This document shows, one piece after another, positions 30,898 through 39,806 of a DNA stretch of 64,000 nucleotides. This stretch comes from an uncultured virus (IMG/VR IMGVR_UViG_3300042922_000886) (Duplodnaviria > Heunggongvirae > Uroviricota > Caudoviricetes), in the IMG/VR virus record IMGVR_UViG_3300042922_000886, positions 1 through 64,000 of that record. The stretch is one strand, 5' to 3'. The position numbers were made by a program, and so were the translations under genes. A model generated the notes under the pieces. That model did not search any database, was not told where the DNA came from, and saw only the letters and a list, made by a program, of their open reading frames with translations. Within the stretch, counting starts at the first letter, position 1; the number at the start of each line of letters is the position of its first letter.

Positions 30898-33648
30898 CTA
30901 CCTCCAATTTTTTGTGGTCATTGACAGATATTGTCCATTAAATTCAATATCGCCTTTTTCATTAAGTATAGGAAAGTTATATTTATTACCATTTTTACTT
31001 AATAAGTTTTTGATCATTTGCTCTCCGCATATATCCCATGCGAATTGTTTTGATTTATTGCCATTTTTATAACACAAATCTACTACGATATTACACAATT
31101 CTTCTTCATTATTGCACAGTTCTAATGCTTTCTGTTTAAAGTGCTGTACAAATACTTCTCGATGATTATAAACATTTGAATCATGCATCCGTATATTCTT
31201 TAATTCTTTAGCGTGATCCTGCATTTTTACATTATGTTCACTATATAATTCTTTAATTTTATTATATCTGCCAATAGAATAGTTTGAGTTTGATTTTAAA
31301 ATAGCATAATCGAAACTCGCTTCTTTAAACTTGTCACTAACTCGATCAAATTCGCTCTCAATTTTCCTACATATCTTATTCATTACAGATGAGGATAATG
31401 AAACTGGCATTCTTTTTTGGTAAGTATTAATAAATTCAATTTCTTGAATAGTCTTATCTTGTTTTGACAGAAGTTCAGAGAGTGATAATCCAAATAATCT
31501 AATGCAATTTCTCTCGCAATTGTTTATGTATTGCTTATACTCCTTCATTAGTTCAGGATAAATATAAATAAAGAAATATGGTTTCTTGTCTGCAAGTATC
31601 CTTAAATTTAACTCTTTCCTTTTCTTGACTTCCGTAGAGTCACCTTCTCTTATTATATTTGATTTATAGTCACACCATTCTTTTGGCATAGGTTTACTAA
31701 CAATACCTTTGGTTTTATCGATAGCGTTCTGTTGATAGTTTTGACCACACTGGATTCTATACTCAAGTTCTTTATATTCTTCGCAACGTGGTTCAAAATT
31801 TGCTAATACATCAAACATTGAGGTTATCCTATTGGTTGTTGTTCCTATTGCATCGCCAAAACTGTCCTTATTAGCCTTTATCAAGTCGCCTTCCTCAACA
31901 ATCTTCTTCGTAGCTGTTTTCTGAACACACACAATCGCATCGAGTTCTTTTATTGATTTCATAATAATCGGATTATCTGTCAACAAAACCGTATCACCGT
32001 CTTTATCGGCCCCGTTTAAAGCATGAGTAGTTGTTCCCCATGAATTAAATATGGTGACAGTATTCATGTATGTATACCACTTTCGGGTTTTTTCATTGTC
32101 AACCAACCGCAATATTCTTATGTTGTTGTGGCAAGTCATTGGAGCACGAAAACACGACACTTTATCAATTTTTCGGTCAGTCCAATATTTATTATAAAAT
32201 TCGCCGGTCTTGAGCAATCCAGTTACTTTTAATCCAAACATACTTTGACAAAGACTATATGGATCACCAGAGATAGTACTGTAATTACCATGCACCTTTA
32301 ATACTCCAACTTTAGCATCCTTAATTCGTTTTTTAATCATATTATGTATTTTATTTCTTACAAAAGGATCATCAATCATTCTCGCATCAACCATTAATGC
32401 CTTCGTGAAGTCATTGCTTCCGTATATAAAATCTTCTTCTGCTATATGTGTTCCTTTCAAAAAAAGCAACGACTTCCTATAATCTCCACCTAATACCTCA
32501 TGAATTTCTTTTACAGTCGGATTGGTCAGTTCATCAATATCTTGATCAGATAAATCTAATGATTGTATAAACTGATAATTCAGATTTCGTTGATTTTCTA
32601 GTTCTTTAGGCGTTATCTTTGTCACACTAAATGTATATCCGTTCTTTTCGCAGCACTCTAAGTAATGCTCAATACTTTTATAAGAATCCCATAGTTTAAG
32701 CATAGATGTTGTTAGAACTACTTCAACATTGCGTATATCTTTTTTATGCCCCCATGCATCTATGACGAAATACTGCTCCGCAACTTCAGATGCAAACTGA
32801 TGAAGGTCGAATGTGAAAAGCATACCTTTTGCATAACTATTTCTTACACAAAATCCGCTAGGAATATAATCTTCTCCTAATTCGCTTCCCCAAACCTCAC
32901 TTAAATAAGGAGATATTAGTCCATACCCATCGCTTTCTTCTAGCAAAATTTCGAAATCTTGCTCGTTAGTAATAATAGGGTATTCCGAATCAGTGTCATC
33001 AATTTTGATTACATTTGTTTTAAATGTAGTGACACAATCTTTAACGACAAGTACTCCTCTTGGATTCGAAACCGGGGTGCTTCCACTGCATACCAACGAT
33101 TTATAAGCTTCAAGCTTTGCTGGAACAAATTGTTTATTATTAATTCTATCGTTCTCAATTTTATTATTTAGTTCATCGAAAACAACATCACTTACATAAA
33201 CTACGGTACTATTTTTTGCTCCACCAGTTGTAGCCAAAAGTCGTTTGAATTTTGTCCCATTGATAAAGAACCCTTTAGTACTATTTAATCGATCAAAATC
33301 TTTATTTTTATCGATTACAATACAAACAAAATGCTTTATAAACAGAAGATCATATAATTTATCATATAATAGCTTAATTTTTTTACGGTTTTGAATATCT
33401 GTTGGAAGTTTCTTTGTTTTTTTGATCTCTAATTTTACATTGTTAACTTGTTCTTGAAAAAATGTATATTCAAATGATTTATTTTCAATTTGTCTTATAA
33501 ATCGTAATGCAGCGCTATCACCAATAGAAATCAATTCTTTATTTTTTATTGCCTCATCAAGACCGAGATTTAAATTCCAATTAGAATTCCTAAGCCGAGA
33601 AGAGTGAATTTTAAATATGTATGACAAACTGGATTGTTGCTTACTCAA
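30898..33648 (-). CDS. yonO: YonO-like single-subunit DNA-dependent RNA polymerase
   Basis: 916 aa; ESDGYG, FRAPM and catalytic NGADKDGD (DxDGD) motifs; SPbeta synteny. Confidence 0.88.
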   Translation of the reverse strand: MSKQQSSLSYIFKIHSSRLRNSNWNLNLGLDEAIKNKELISIGDSAALRFIRQIENKSFEYTFFQEQVNNVKLEIKKTKKLPTDIQNRKKIKLLYDKLYDLLFIKHFVCIVIDKNKDFDRLNSTKGFFINGTKFKRLLATTGGAKNSTVVYVSDVVFDELNNKIENDRINNKQFVPAKLEAYKSLVCSGSTPVSNPRGVLVVKDCVTTFKTNVIKIDDTDSEYPIITNEQDFEILLEESDGYGLISPYLSEVWGSELGEDYIPSGFCVRNSYAKGMLFTFDLHQFASEVAEQYFVIDAWGHKKDIRNVEVVLTTSMLKLWDSYKSIEHYLECCEKNGYTFSVTKITPKELENQRNLNYQFIQSLDLSDQDIDELTNPTVKEIHEVLGGDYRKSLLFLKGTHIAEEDFIYGSNDFTKALMVDARMIDDPFVRNKIHNMIKKRIKDAKVGVLKVHGNYSTISGDPYSLCQSMFGLKVTGLLKTGEFYNKYWTDRKIDKVSCFRAPMTCHNNIRILRLVDNEKTRKWYTYMNTVTIFNSWGTTTHALNGADKDGDTVLLTDNPIIMKSIKELDAIVCVQKTATKKIVEEGDLIKANKDSFGDAIGTTTNRITSMFDVLANFEPRCEEYKELEYRIQCGQNYQQNAIDKTKGIVSKPMPKEWCDYKSNIIREGDSTEVKKRKELNLRILADKKPYFFIYIYPELMKEYKQYINNCERNCIRLFGLSLSELLSKQDKTIQEIEFINTYQKRMPVSLSSSVMNKICRKIESEFDRVSDKFKEASFDYAILKSNSNYSIGRYNKIKELYSEHNVKMQDHAKELKNIRMHDSNVYNHREVFVQHFKQKALELCNNEEELCNIVVDLCYKNGNKSKQFAWDICGEQMIKNLLSKNGNKYNFPILNEKGDIEFNGQYLSMTTKNWR

Positions 33649-33669
33649 TATAGTTTTATCCCTCCTTTT

Positions 33670-34410
33670 TTATCGATTTTTGCGTATGTGCATATCTGTG
33701 TCTATATTAATAAAATACTGAATATTGTTAACAGTTGGACAAATTGAATATTCCTCTAGATTTAATACCATCTCCTTAAGAGGGAAAATGTAATATTCTT
33801 TAAGTGAATAATCGTTATAAGGCAATTTGTTTTTAATTACATCGCTACCAATAGCCACTCGACTCTTTCGCACATCAAGATAAACCTTAATGTACTTCTC
33901 AATGTTTTTAAATCTTGACGCATGATCTGCTGTGTAGGTATAAAATTCAATATTGTATTTGTCTTGTCCAAGAATCCAAATATCTTTTATATCGGCTAAT
34001 CTGTATAGTTCGCGTCTATTTAAAAATTCTGTTGCTATAGGAGTACATTGAAATTCAATTACAAACTTATTACCATCAAGTTCAAAATATATATCTGGTC
34101 TTTGCTTCGTCTCTGGAATCCATGCTTCAAGTTTGCAATTTTTAATGCCATCTAGTTCCCTAATCCATTCATACAATAATTGTTTTCCACACCTATGTTC
34201 TTCAGTTTCAGGTTCAGTATAATACCCTTCACATTCTTTAATTTTATGTCTAAAGTAAGGTGGTGAAATATCGCCATGACAGTATTCACAGCAATCTCCG
34301 CAAACAGGGCATTTTAAAGTGTTTTTATCAGACCAATTTTTTAAAGTGTATTTATCATATCTACCGTCAAAGCAATTTATTAAGGTTTTTCCAACTCTAC
34401 AAGTCAGCAA
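33670..34410 (-). CDS. CoiA-like Zn finger/PD-(D/E)XK nuclease
   Basis: CPVC..PYFRH, ETEEH..GK, QRPDI, IEFQC, WILG. Confidence 0.8.
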   Translation of the reverse strand: MLTCRVGKTLINCFDGRYDKYTLKNWSDKNTLKCPVCGDCCEYCHGDISPPYFRHKIKECEGYYTEPETEEHRCGKQLLYEWIRELDGIKNCKLEAWIPETKQRPDIYFELDGNKFVIEFQCTPIATEFLNRRELYRLADIKDIWILGQDKYNIEFYTYTADHASRFKNIEKYIKVYLDVRKSRVAIGSDVIKNKLPYNDYSLKEYYIFPLKEMVLNLEEYSICPTVNNIQYFINIDTDMHIRKNR

Positions 34411-34439
34411 TTATATAATCACCCATCTCGCTGTTTAAT

Positions 34440-34634
34440 TTATTTATTTTTATTCAATAATTTCAATTCAAAATCATCGTCACAATCATACATAAATTCT
34501 TTATATGTAGAAGCCTCAGATAGTGAATTCCATCCTTGGTCATTATAATTTTTTATGTATCTCATGGTTTTATTATCATAATGTTCAATGCCATCATAAT
34601 AATCATCTTGCCAAGTTCGACGTGAAAAATTCAT
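34440..34634 (-). CDS. Hypothetical protein
   Basis: ORF with GGGGGAG RBS. Confidence 0.6.
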   Translation of the reverse strand: MNFSRRTWQDDYYDGIEHYDNKTMRYIKNYNDQGWNSLSEASTYKEFMYDCDDDFELKLLNKNK

Positions 34635-34699
34635 TTATTATTTTCTCCCCCTTTCGTATGTGTTAGAAAGTTTGTACTTCAAAAACTTCCCTTGCAATA

Positions 34700-34728
34700 A
34701 ATCTATCATAAATAAATAATATTGTAAA
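34700..34728 (-). promoter_or_regulatory. sigmaA-like promoter of the yonO operon
   Basis: TTTACA-17-TAGATT with extended TG, flanked by inverted AATAAATCT/AGATTTATT. Confidence 0.5.
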
Positions 34729-34800
34729 GATTTATTCATAAAATAAAAGGAGTCACGAATAGTGTATACCTCCGTAACTCCGACATATAATATATCGCCA

Positions 34801-35067
34801 CTACCTATTGTCGTCGGTGTTCCTCCATGAACCCGGCGATTTTGTTTTGTCCTCTAATTTATCAATGTCAATGCATATTTCTTTTTGCCAATCAACATTG
34901 TTGGCCATTGATGCCAGCAAGGACATATTCTCGAGATAGGACATTTCCCACCAATAGTTCAAATTTGCATTCAAACAATGAGTAAAATCCATTGCTTCTT
35001 GATCTGTCAGATCTCCGCACTTCTGTTTTTGCCATAACTCAGCTAATCGCCTGAAAATAGGCTCCAT
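34801..35067 (-). CDS. Conserved phage hypothetical protein (MEPIFRRLAELW...)
   Basis: GGAGG RBS; HCLNAN...LENMSLLA...DW motif. Confidence 0.65.
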   Translation of the reverse strand: MEPIFRRLAELWQKQKCGDLTDQEAMDFTHCLNANLNYWWEMSYLENMSLLASMANNVDWQKEICIDIDKLEDKTKSPGSWRNTDDNR

Positions 35068-35069
35068 GG

Positions 35070-35237
35070 TTACCATAGCCTCCACCATCCTACAGCAGCC
35101 AGTATGCCTAGTATGAGGACAAACCATGCGGATAGGTTATTCGATTGATCATCCTTTGGCTCTTCCTGTGAGGTGTATACGGCTTTGACACGATTATCTG
35201 CGGTATACCGAATGTGGTAAACTGTTTGCTTCTCCAT
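35070..35237 (-). CDS. Small membrane protein (MEKQTVYHIRY...)
   Basis: AAGGAG RBS; C-terminal transmembrane helix. Confidence 0.55.
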   Translation of the reverse strand: MEKQTVYHIRYTADNRVKAVYTSQEEPKDDQSNNLSAWFVLILGILAAVGWWRLW

Positions 35238-35305
35238 TGTACCATCGCTCCTTATCGGTTGATGATACATTATATGCAAGTTCGCTTAAATGATTACCAG
35301 TTTGC

Positions 35306-35509
35306 TTAAACTTTTTCAAGCGACCAAATACTCTCTACGGGTACACCCAAAGTTTGAGCAATATCCAAAGCAATTTCAATGCGAGTCGATCCACCATTGG
35401 CAATTTGGCTCATAGTCGTTTTACTAACCGGTTGGTTCATTCTTTGTATTAGATCCTGTTGTGTGACATTCTGTTCGGCCAAAATTACTTTTAATCGGCT
35501 CTTTAGCAT
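35306..35509 (-). CDS. XRE-family HTH regulator
   Basis: MLKSRLKVILAEQNVTQQDL...IALDIAQTLGVPVESIW; GAGGTG RBS. Confidence 0.85.
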   Translation of the reverse strand: MLKSRLKVILAEQNVTQQDLIQRMNQPVSKTTMSQIANGGSTRIEIALDIAQTLGVPVESIWSLEKV

Positions 35510-35673
35510 ATCGATCACCTCGTTTATTACATTCAACAGAGGGGCTTGTCGAATCCTTTGTTGATGAATAAGAAGTTTTGACGAATCTAATAAATAAAAT
35601 AATACAATACATTGACAATCATCATTTTTTACATATAATTTGGATATACGCAATTAATGAGGAGGATTATGAA

Positions 35674-36714
35674 ATGAGTAAGTCATCAGTGATCAATGTT
35701 AGTAAGCTTAACCAACAGGAATCAGTATTTAAATACATTCAATCTTTTCTGAGAAATAAAGGAGTAAAATCACAAAACACTGAAAAGGCTTATGAGAATG
35801 ATATACGCCAGTTTTTTCTGTACATGAGAAATAAAGAAATTGAAAGGCTGCTCGAAGTAGATATTCAGTTTAAAAATGCAGACATGATGGATTACCAGAC
35901 ATACCTTTACAGTGAGTTTGTTCAAACTAATGGTGAAAAATATTCGAATATTACAATAAACCGTAAAATGAATACAATAGTGGCACTCTATGCATCTCTA
36001 AAGCGAAATGGCTTTAGTGTTGACCCGGATATTATGAAGATTGAGGACTTACCCGATGATAGTAAACAGATTGGTTTTCTGACCGTCGATGAAATCGACC
36101 ATATGCTGATAGTAACAAATGATTTGGAATTAAAATATTTCATCATGCTTGCATTGAGAACGAGTTTAAGAAAGGATGCTCTGCTCTCTCTAAGGTGGGA
36201 TCAAATTCAACCATGTCATAATAATCCCGAATGTTATATTATTACGACAATAGATAAAGGGAAGAGAGTGGAAAAGGAGATCCATAAGACAATGTATGAA
36301 CTATTGTTAAAACTAAAAAAGGAAAACGATCCAAGTGTATTCCACACACCTATCAGGACACTTGATTATCGGTTTAAATCATTATGTAAAAAAATTGGCA
36401 TAGATGAAAAAAGAAAGGTATCAATCCATTCTTTAAAAAAGGCTGGGGTTAGTTATGTAAAAGAATTAACAGGTGACATTCATGCAGCACAAATGCAAGC
36501 TGGACATAGTTCTCCAGTAACGACATCTAAATATTATCTGGAGCGCAAAACAAACCTTGCGGGCATGATGTTGGACATTAAGGTAGAGGATAATATCTTT
36601 GAACAATTGACACATCAAGAATTGATAAACCTATTCCGAAGTTTTGGCAATGGAATTGGGCATCAACTTAAACTTAGAGCCAAGAAAATTATTGATGAGC
36701 GTTCGGATAAGTAA
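35674..36714 (+). CDS. Tyrosine recombinase family protein (HxxR reads HSLK)
   Basis: SQNTEKAYENDI (core-binding), LRKDALL, DKGK, HSLKK, GHSS, KYY; TTGACA/TATAAT promoter at 35612-35639. Confidence 0.85.
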   Translation: MSKSSVINVSKLNQQESVFKYIQSFLRNKGVKSQNTEKAYENDIRQFFLYMRNKEIERLLEVDIQFKNADMMDYQTYLYSEFVQTNGEKYSNITINRKMNTIVALYASLKRNGFSVDPDIMKIEDLPDDSKQIGFLTVDEIDHMLIVTNDLELKYFIMLALRTSLRKDALLSLRWDQIQPCHNNPECYIITTIDKGKRVEKEIHKTMYELLLKLKKENDPSVFHTPIRTLDYRFKSLCKKIGIDEKRKVSIHSLKKAGVSYVKELTGDIHAAQMQAGHSSPVTTSKYYLERKTNLAGMMLDIKVEDNIFEQLTHQELINLFRSFGNGIGHQLKLRAKKIIDERSDK

Positions 36715-36756
36715 AATAAATAAATATTTAAAAATATATTAGTACAAGGAAATGGC

Positions 36757-37539
36757 GTGGTAACAATGAATTCAAGTTTATATGATGCCTTACTGATCAG
36801 AAATCATGAAAAAGTCTATATACAAAATAAAATATTTTTTGATTTAGCAAGGAATACACTGTTCTCCACTAAAAATATAGTTTTTATATACGCTTATTAC
36901 TGTTTAATCTGCTACTTGTTTAGATATTGCAAGTATGGTCAAGGTAGGTTTCTAACCAATGAAGACATAAAGGAGATATTGGGTTATCAAAGAAAATATG
37001 CTGGAGTTGATTATCTCATAAAGAGGGGAGGCGTTTTGGACCATATTGGGTATACAGAATGTATTAGAGATTTTCCCTTACAGTATAAACTTGAATCACA
37101 GTATGTTGAATTTAAAATGTATTCTGAGCTAGAACAGGAAACAAAGAAAGTGTTAGATATGCCGAGGAACTTTTATATTAAGAAGCCAATAATGGCGTTT
37201 TATAAAGACGAGAGCAGCTCACAGAATAAAATTTATGATGGGACATTTTATGAAATAGAAAATACTCATCTGTTTGATATATCCATCTTGGTGGAAATGA
37301 TGGTGTCTGGATTGAGCTTAAATGAATTTTATATTTATCAATTTTTCAGGCATAAAACGGATTTATTCAAAAGCGGGTATAGTGCAAGTTATGAACGGAT
37401 AGAGAAAGAAGTTAGAATTCCAGTTAGATCCTTGAAAAGAATAATCTTAAAACTGGAGGAGTTTGACTATTTGAATATTTCAAGGGATAGTGCAAAGGGA
37501 AAGGAGACAAGACCGAATATATACGAGATAAATAGATGA
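36757..37539 (+). CDS. Winged-helix protein, putative replication initiator
   Basis: Two wHTH-like segments, C-terminal ...RPNIYEI; followed by a large palindrome. Confidence 0.5.
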   Translation: MVTMNSSLYDALLIRNHEKVYIQNKIFFDLARNTLFSTKNIVFIYAYYCLICYLFRYCKYGQGRFLTNEDIKEILGYQRKYAGVDYLIKRGGVLDHIGYTECIRDFPLQYKLESQYVEFKMYSELEQETKKVLDMPRNFYIKKPIMAFYKDESSSQNKIYDGTFYEIENTHLFDISILVEMMVSGLSLNEFYIYQFFRHKTDLFKSGYSASYERIEKEVRIPVRSLKRIILKLEEFDYLNISRDSAKGKETRPNIYEINR

Positions 37540-37552
37540 CACTTTAGCGCAC

Positions 37553-37664
37553 TAAAACCCTAGGTTTTGGCACACATTATAATAGATATATTATATATAA
37601 TAATAAATAATAATATAAATAATAATATAATCTATTATAAGGGGTGCCAAAATCTAGGGTTTTA
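37553..37664. repeat. 35-bp imperfect inverted repeat around a 42-bp pure A/T spacer
   Basis: TAAAACCCTAGGTTTTGGCACACATTATAATAGAT ... ATCTATTATAAGGGGTGCCAAAATCTAGGGTTTTA. Confidence 0.9.
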
Positions 37665-38424
37665 AATTTTCTAATATTTGATGAGTGAGTGTGAGATACA
37701 GTGACCAGTTATGGTCATTTTTTTATTCGATAAATGGTTATCGAGTAGATTTGGTATTTATATTGATGGGACAAGGGATCGAGCGTAAAATTGTGATGAA
37801 ATATAGGAGAGAATATAGGCTGCATCGTGTAAATGTAGATGGGAGTAAGGAGGATGAGGGAATTATAGTGTAGTTGGTAGTAATTTTAGGGAAATTTATT
37901 GAAATTGAGGAGAAGGGAAAGCGTTGGGGGAGTAGGGATGGATCGATGCGGTATCGATGTGATTATCGATGGGGATTGGAGTGAAAATTGGATATTGGGG
38001 AGGGAGGGATAAAAATAGGTATAGTGTGTGGATAGACCTGCTGCGGCCCCAAAGTCCGATATAAATGGGCTGGGAAATGTAAATATACCCCCTACCTATG
38101 CTGAAATGTTGCGTATATGAATGGTTATACGCAATATGATGTTTCAGACATACCGAACCAATCAATGCTTTCCGATCCAATGAATGAGCAGACGATGAGC
38201 AATAAAAAAAAGATAGATACCACTAATAAAAATTTTGAAAATGTCATATTGAAAATATCGAATAGTAACATGCCGCCGATTTTCTAAGTCTTATCATCAA
38301 CTATAACTATTAACTATCACATACACTAATCCAATAACTTTCACCTATCACCTTTACATTATAATCATTCCCTATCACTATTGTGCATATTATAAACTAT
38401 TCCTATCATCACTCACCCCAATCT

Positions 38425-38467
38425 AATAAAATAAACATTTGCAATAACCTTATCATTATGGTATAAT
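38425..38467 (+). promoter_or_regulatory. Early sigmaA promoter
   Basis: TTGCAA-17-TATAAT with extended TG, preceded by AATAAAATAAACAT. Confidence 0.75.
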
Positions 38468-38497
38468 TTTCTTTGTAGGGGAAAGGAGGTGATTCCC

Positions 38498-38650
38498 TTG
38501 CGGTTCCTTGAATTAATCCCGTTGCTCGTACTTATTCGCCTAATCTTCTTAGACGCTATTGCATTCATCAAATGGTTGTACGAGAAACGGAAGAAAAGGA
38601 AAAAGCGCCGAAAAGGTTCGCACAAACCTAACCGACGCAAGCGCAAGTAA
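38498..38650 (+). CDS. YonT-like type I toxin, 50 aa
   Basis: AAAGGAGGTG RBS plus TTG; MRFLELIPLLVLIRLIFLDAIAFIKWLYEKRKKRKKRRKGSHKPNRRKRK (TM helix plus basic tail). Confidence 0.75.
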   Translation: MRFLELIPLLVLIRLIFLDAIAFIKWLYEKRKKRKKRRKGSHKPNRRKRK

Positions 38651-38710
38651 AGCCTTATACCTGATACATAAGCAATATGAGAGACAAGGGAAGCCGATTC
38701 CCTTGCTTTC
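38590..38710 (-). ncRNA. Putative antisense antitoxin RNA (SR6-like)
   Basis: Minus-strand TTGTCA-17-TAAGAT promoter (38745-38717) and terminator GCGUCGG...UCGGCGC-UUUUU inside the toxin 3' end. Confidence 0.6.
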
Positions 38711-38746
38711 CCTTACATCTTATCATACTAATAAAGGGGTGACAAT

Positions 38747-38887
38747 ATGAACAAAACGCGCCTTGTCTACGCCTTGCTATTCACTTTCTGTGCCATTATC
38801 TTTGACAATCCATTCATTCGGTACACTATGTTTGTAGCGGTTCTGTATTGCATTGTTACGGCTTATATAAAGCGTAATAAACACTAA
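38747..38887 (+). CDS. Small membrane protein, 46 aa (YoyJ-like position)
   Basis: MNKTRLVYALLFTFCAIIFDNPFIRYTMFVAVLYCIVTAYIKRNKH; GGGGTG RBS. Confidence 0.6.
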   Translation: MNKTRLVYALLFTFCAIIFDNPFIRYTMFVAVLYCIVTAYIKRNKH

Positions 38888-39090
38888 TCGGACCATCACT
38901 TGTTGCATCATTCTAATGCAAGCAATATCATACGTTGTTGTATCCATCATTTGCAGCTAAATACATTGAAGAACAGCGGAATATAAATATCGAATAGTCC
39001 AATGAGTATATCGGCTTTTCTTTTCGTTAATAAAATAAATATTTGAAATATAACATTAATCGTGATACAATGTATTTAAGAAATTAAACC

Positions 39091-39342
39091 ATGGGAGGAA
39101 TTACAGTGGAAAAGGTTGTTGTAATGGTAGATTTTAAAAAAGGATACTTTAATGCATCTGCCCAAGCTAACATACCGGGAAGATTTACTGCAGAAATTGT
39201 TACTGGTCCAGACGATATTTTTGAAGGTGGTCATCAATTTTATGGAGACGGTAGAACAGTGGAGGAAGCATTTTCTACAATTTCGAATCAGTTAAAGAAA
39301 TTCGGGAATTATGAAGTTGTTAAAAGTAAAAGGAGCCTATAA
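39091..39342 (+). CDS. Hypothetical protein with its own promoter and terminator
   Basis: TTGAAA-17-TACAAT upstream; GGGAGG RBS; GAGCCT..AGGCTC-T hairpin downstream. Confidence 0.65.
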   Translation: MGGITVEKVVVMVDFKKGYFNASAQANIPGRFTAEIVTGPDDIFEGGHQFYGDGRTVEEAFSTISNQLKKFGNYEVVKSKRSL

Positions 39343-39431
39343 AGGCTCTTTTTTTATATAAAATAAATATTTGCAATATAACTTAAAACTATGATATAAT
39401 GAACTTAGTTAAATAAATCGTTTTATAAGGA

Positions 39432-39779
39432 GTGGTTACCATGAAATTCACTTTCAAACCGGATATCACAATCACAACTATCATTATCAAGCCTCATGAC
39501 ACGCTCAGAAACACCATTGATTTTTACGCACAAGGTAATATCGTTGATTGCATTGATGACGAAAGAACCGTCACGGATATCATCGACGATGCGCAAAAAG
39601 CATTCCCGAATGCATCAATCAAAATTGAAAGTGAAGATGATGGTATTTTAACTTTCATTGGTGTCAACTTCAGCAAAAACTTTAATATGGGTAACGGTGC
39701 AAATGTTTACAGATTCACCTATGAAGATGGTAACCATACGGAAATGGTATCTGAATATGTAAACGAGCTATTAAAATAA
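39432..39779 (+). CDS. Hypothetical protein
   Basis: Promoter at 39371-39400; AAGGAG RBS. Confidence 0.65.
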   Translation: MVTMKFTFKPDITITTIIIKPHDTLRNTIDFYAQGNIVDCIDDERTVTDIIDDAQKAFPNASIKIESEDDGILTFIGVNFSKNFNMGNGANVYRFTYEDGNHTEMVSEYVNELLK

Positions 39780-39806
39780 AAAAATACAATAAACTAAATA
39801 TAAGGA

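Noticed and set aside
299..33171. Many plus-strand and nested ORFs in the ORF track
   Set aside because: They are shadows of long minus-strand structural genes and lack RBSs or recognisable motifs.
37685..38180. ORFs 37685-37873 and 37896-38180
   Set aside because: They arise from the skewed low-complexity composition and have no convincing RBS.
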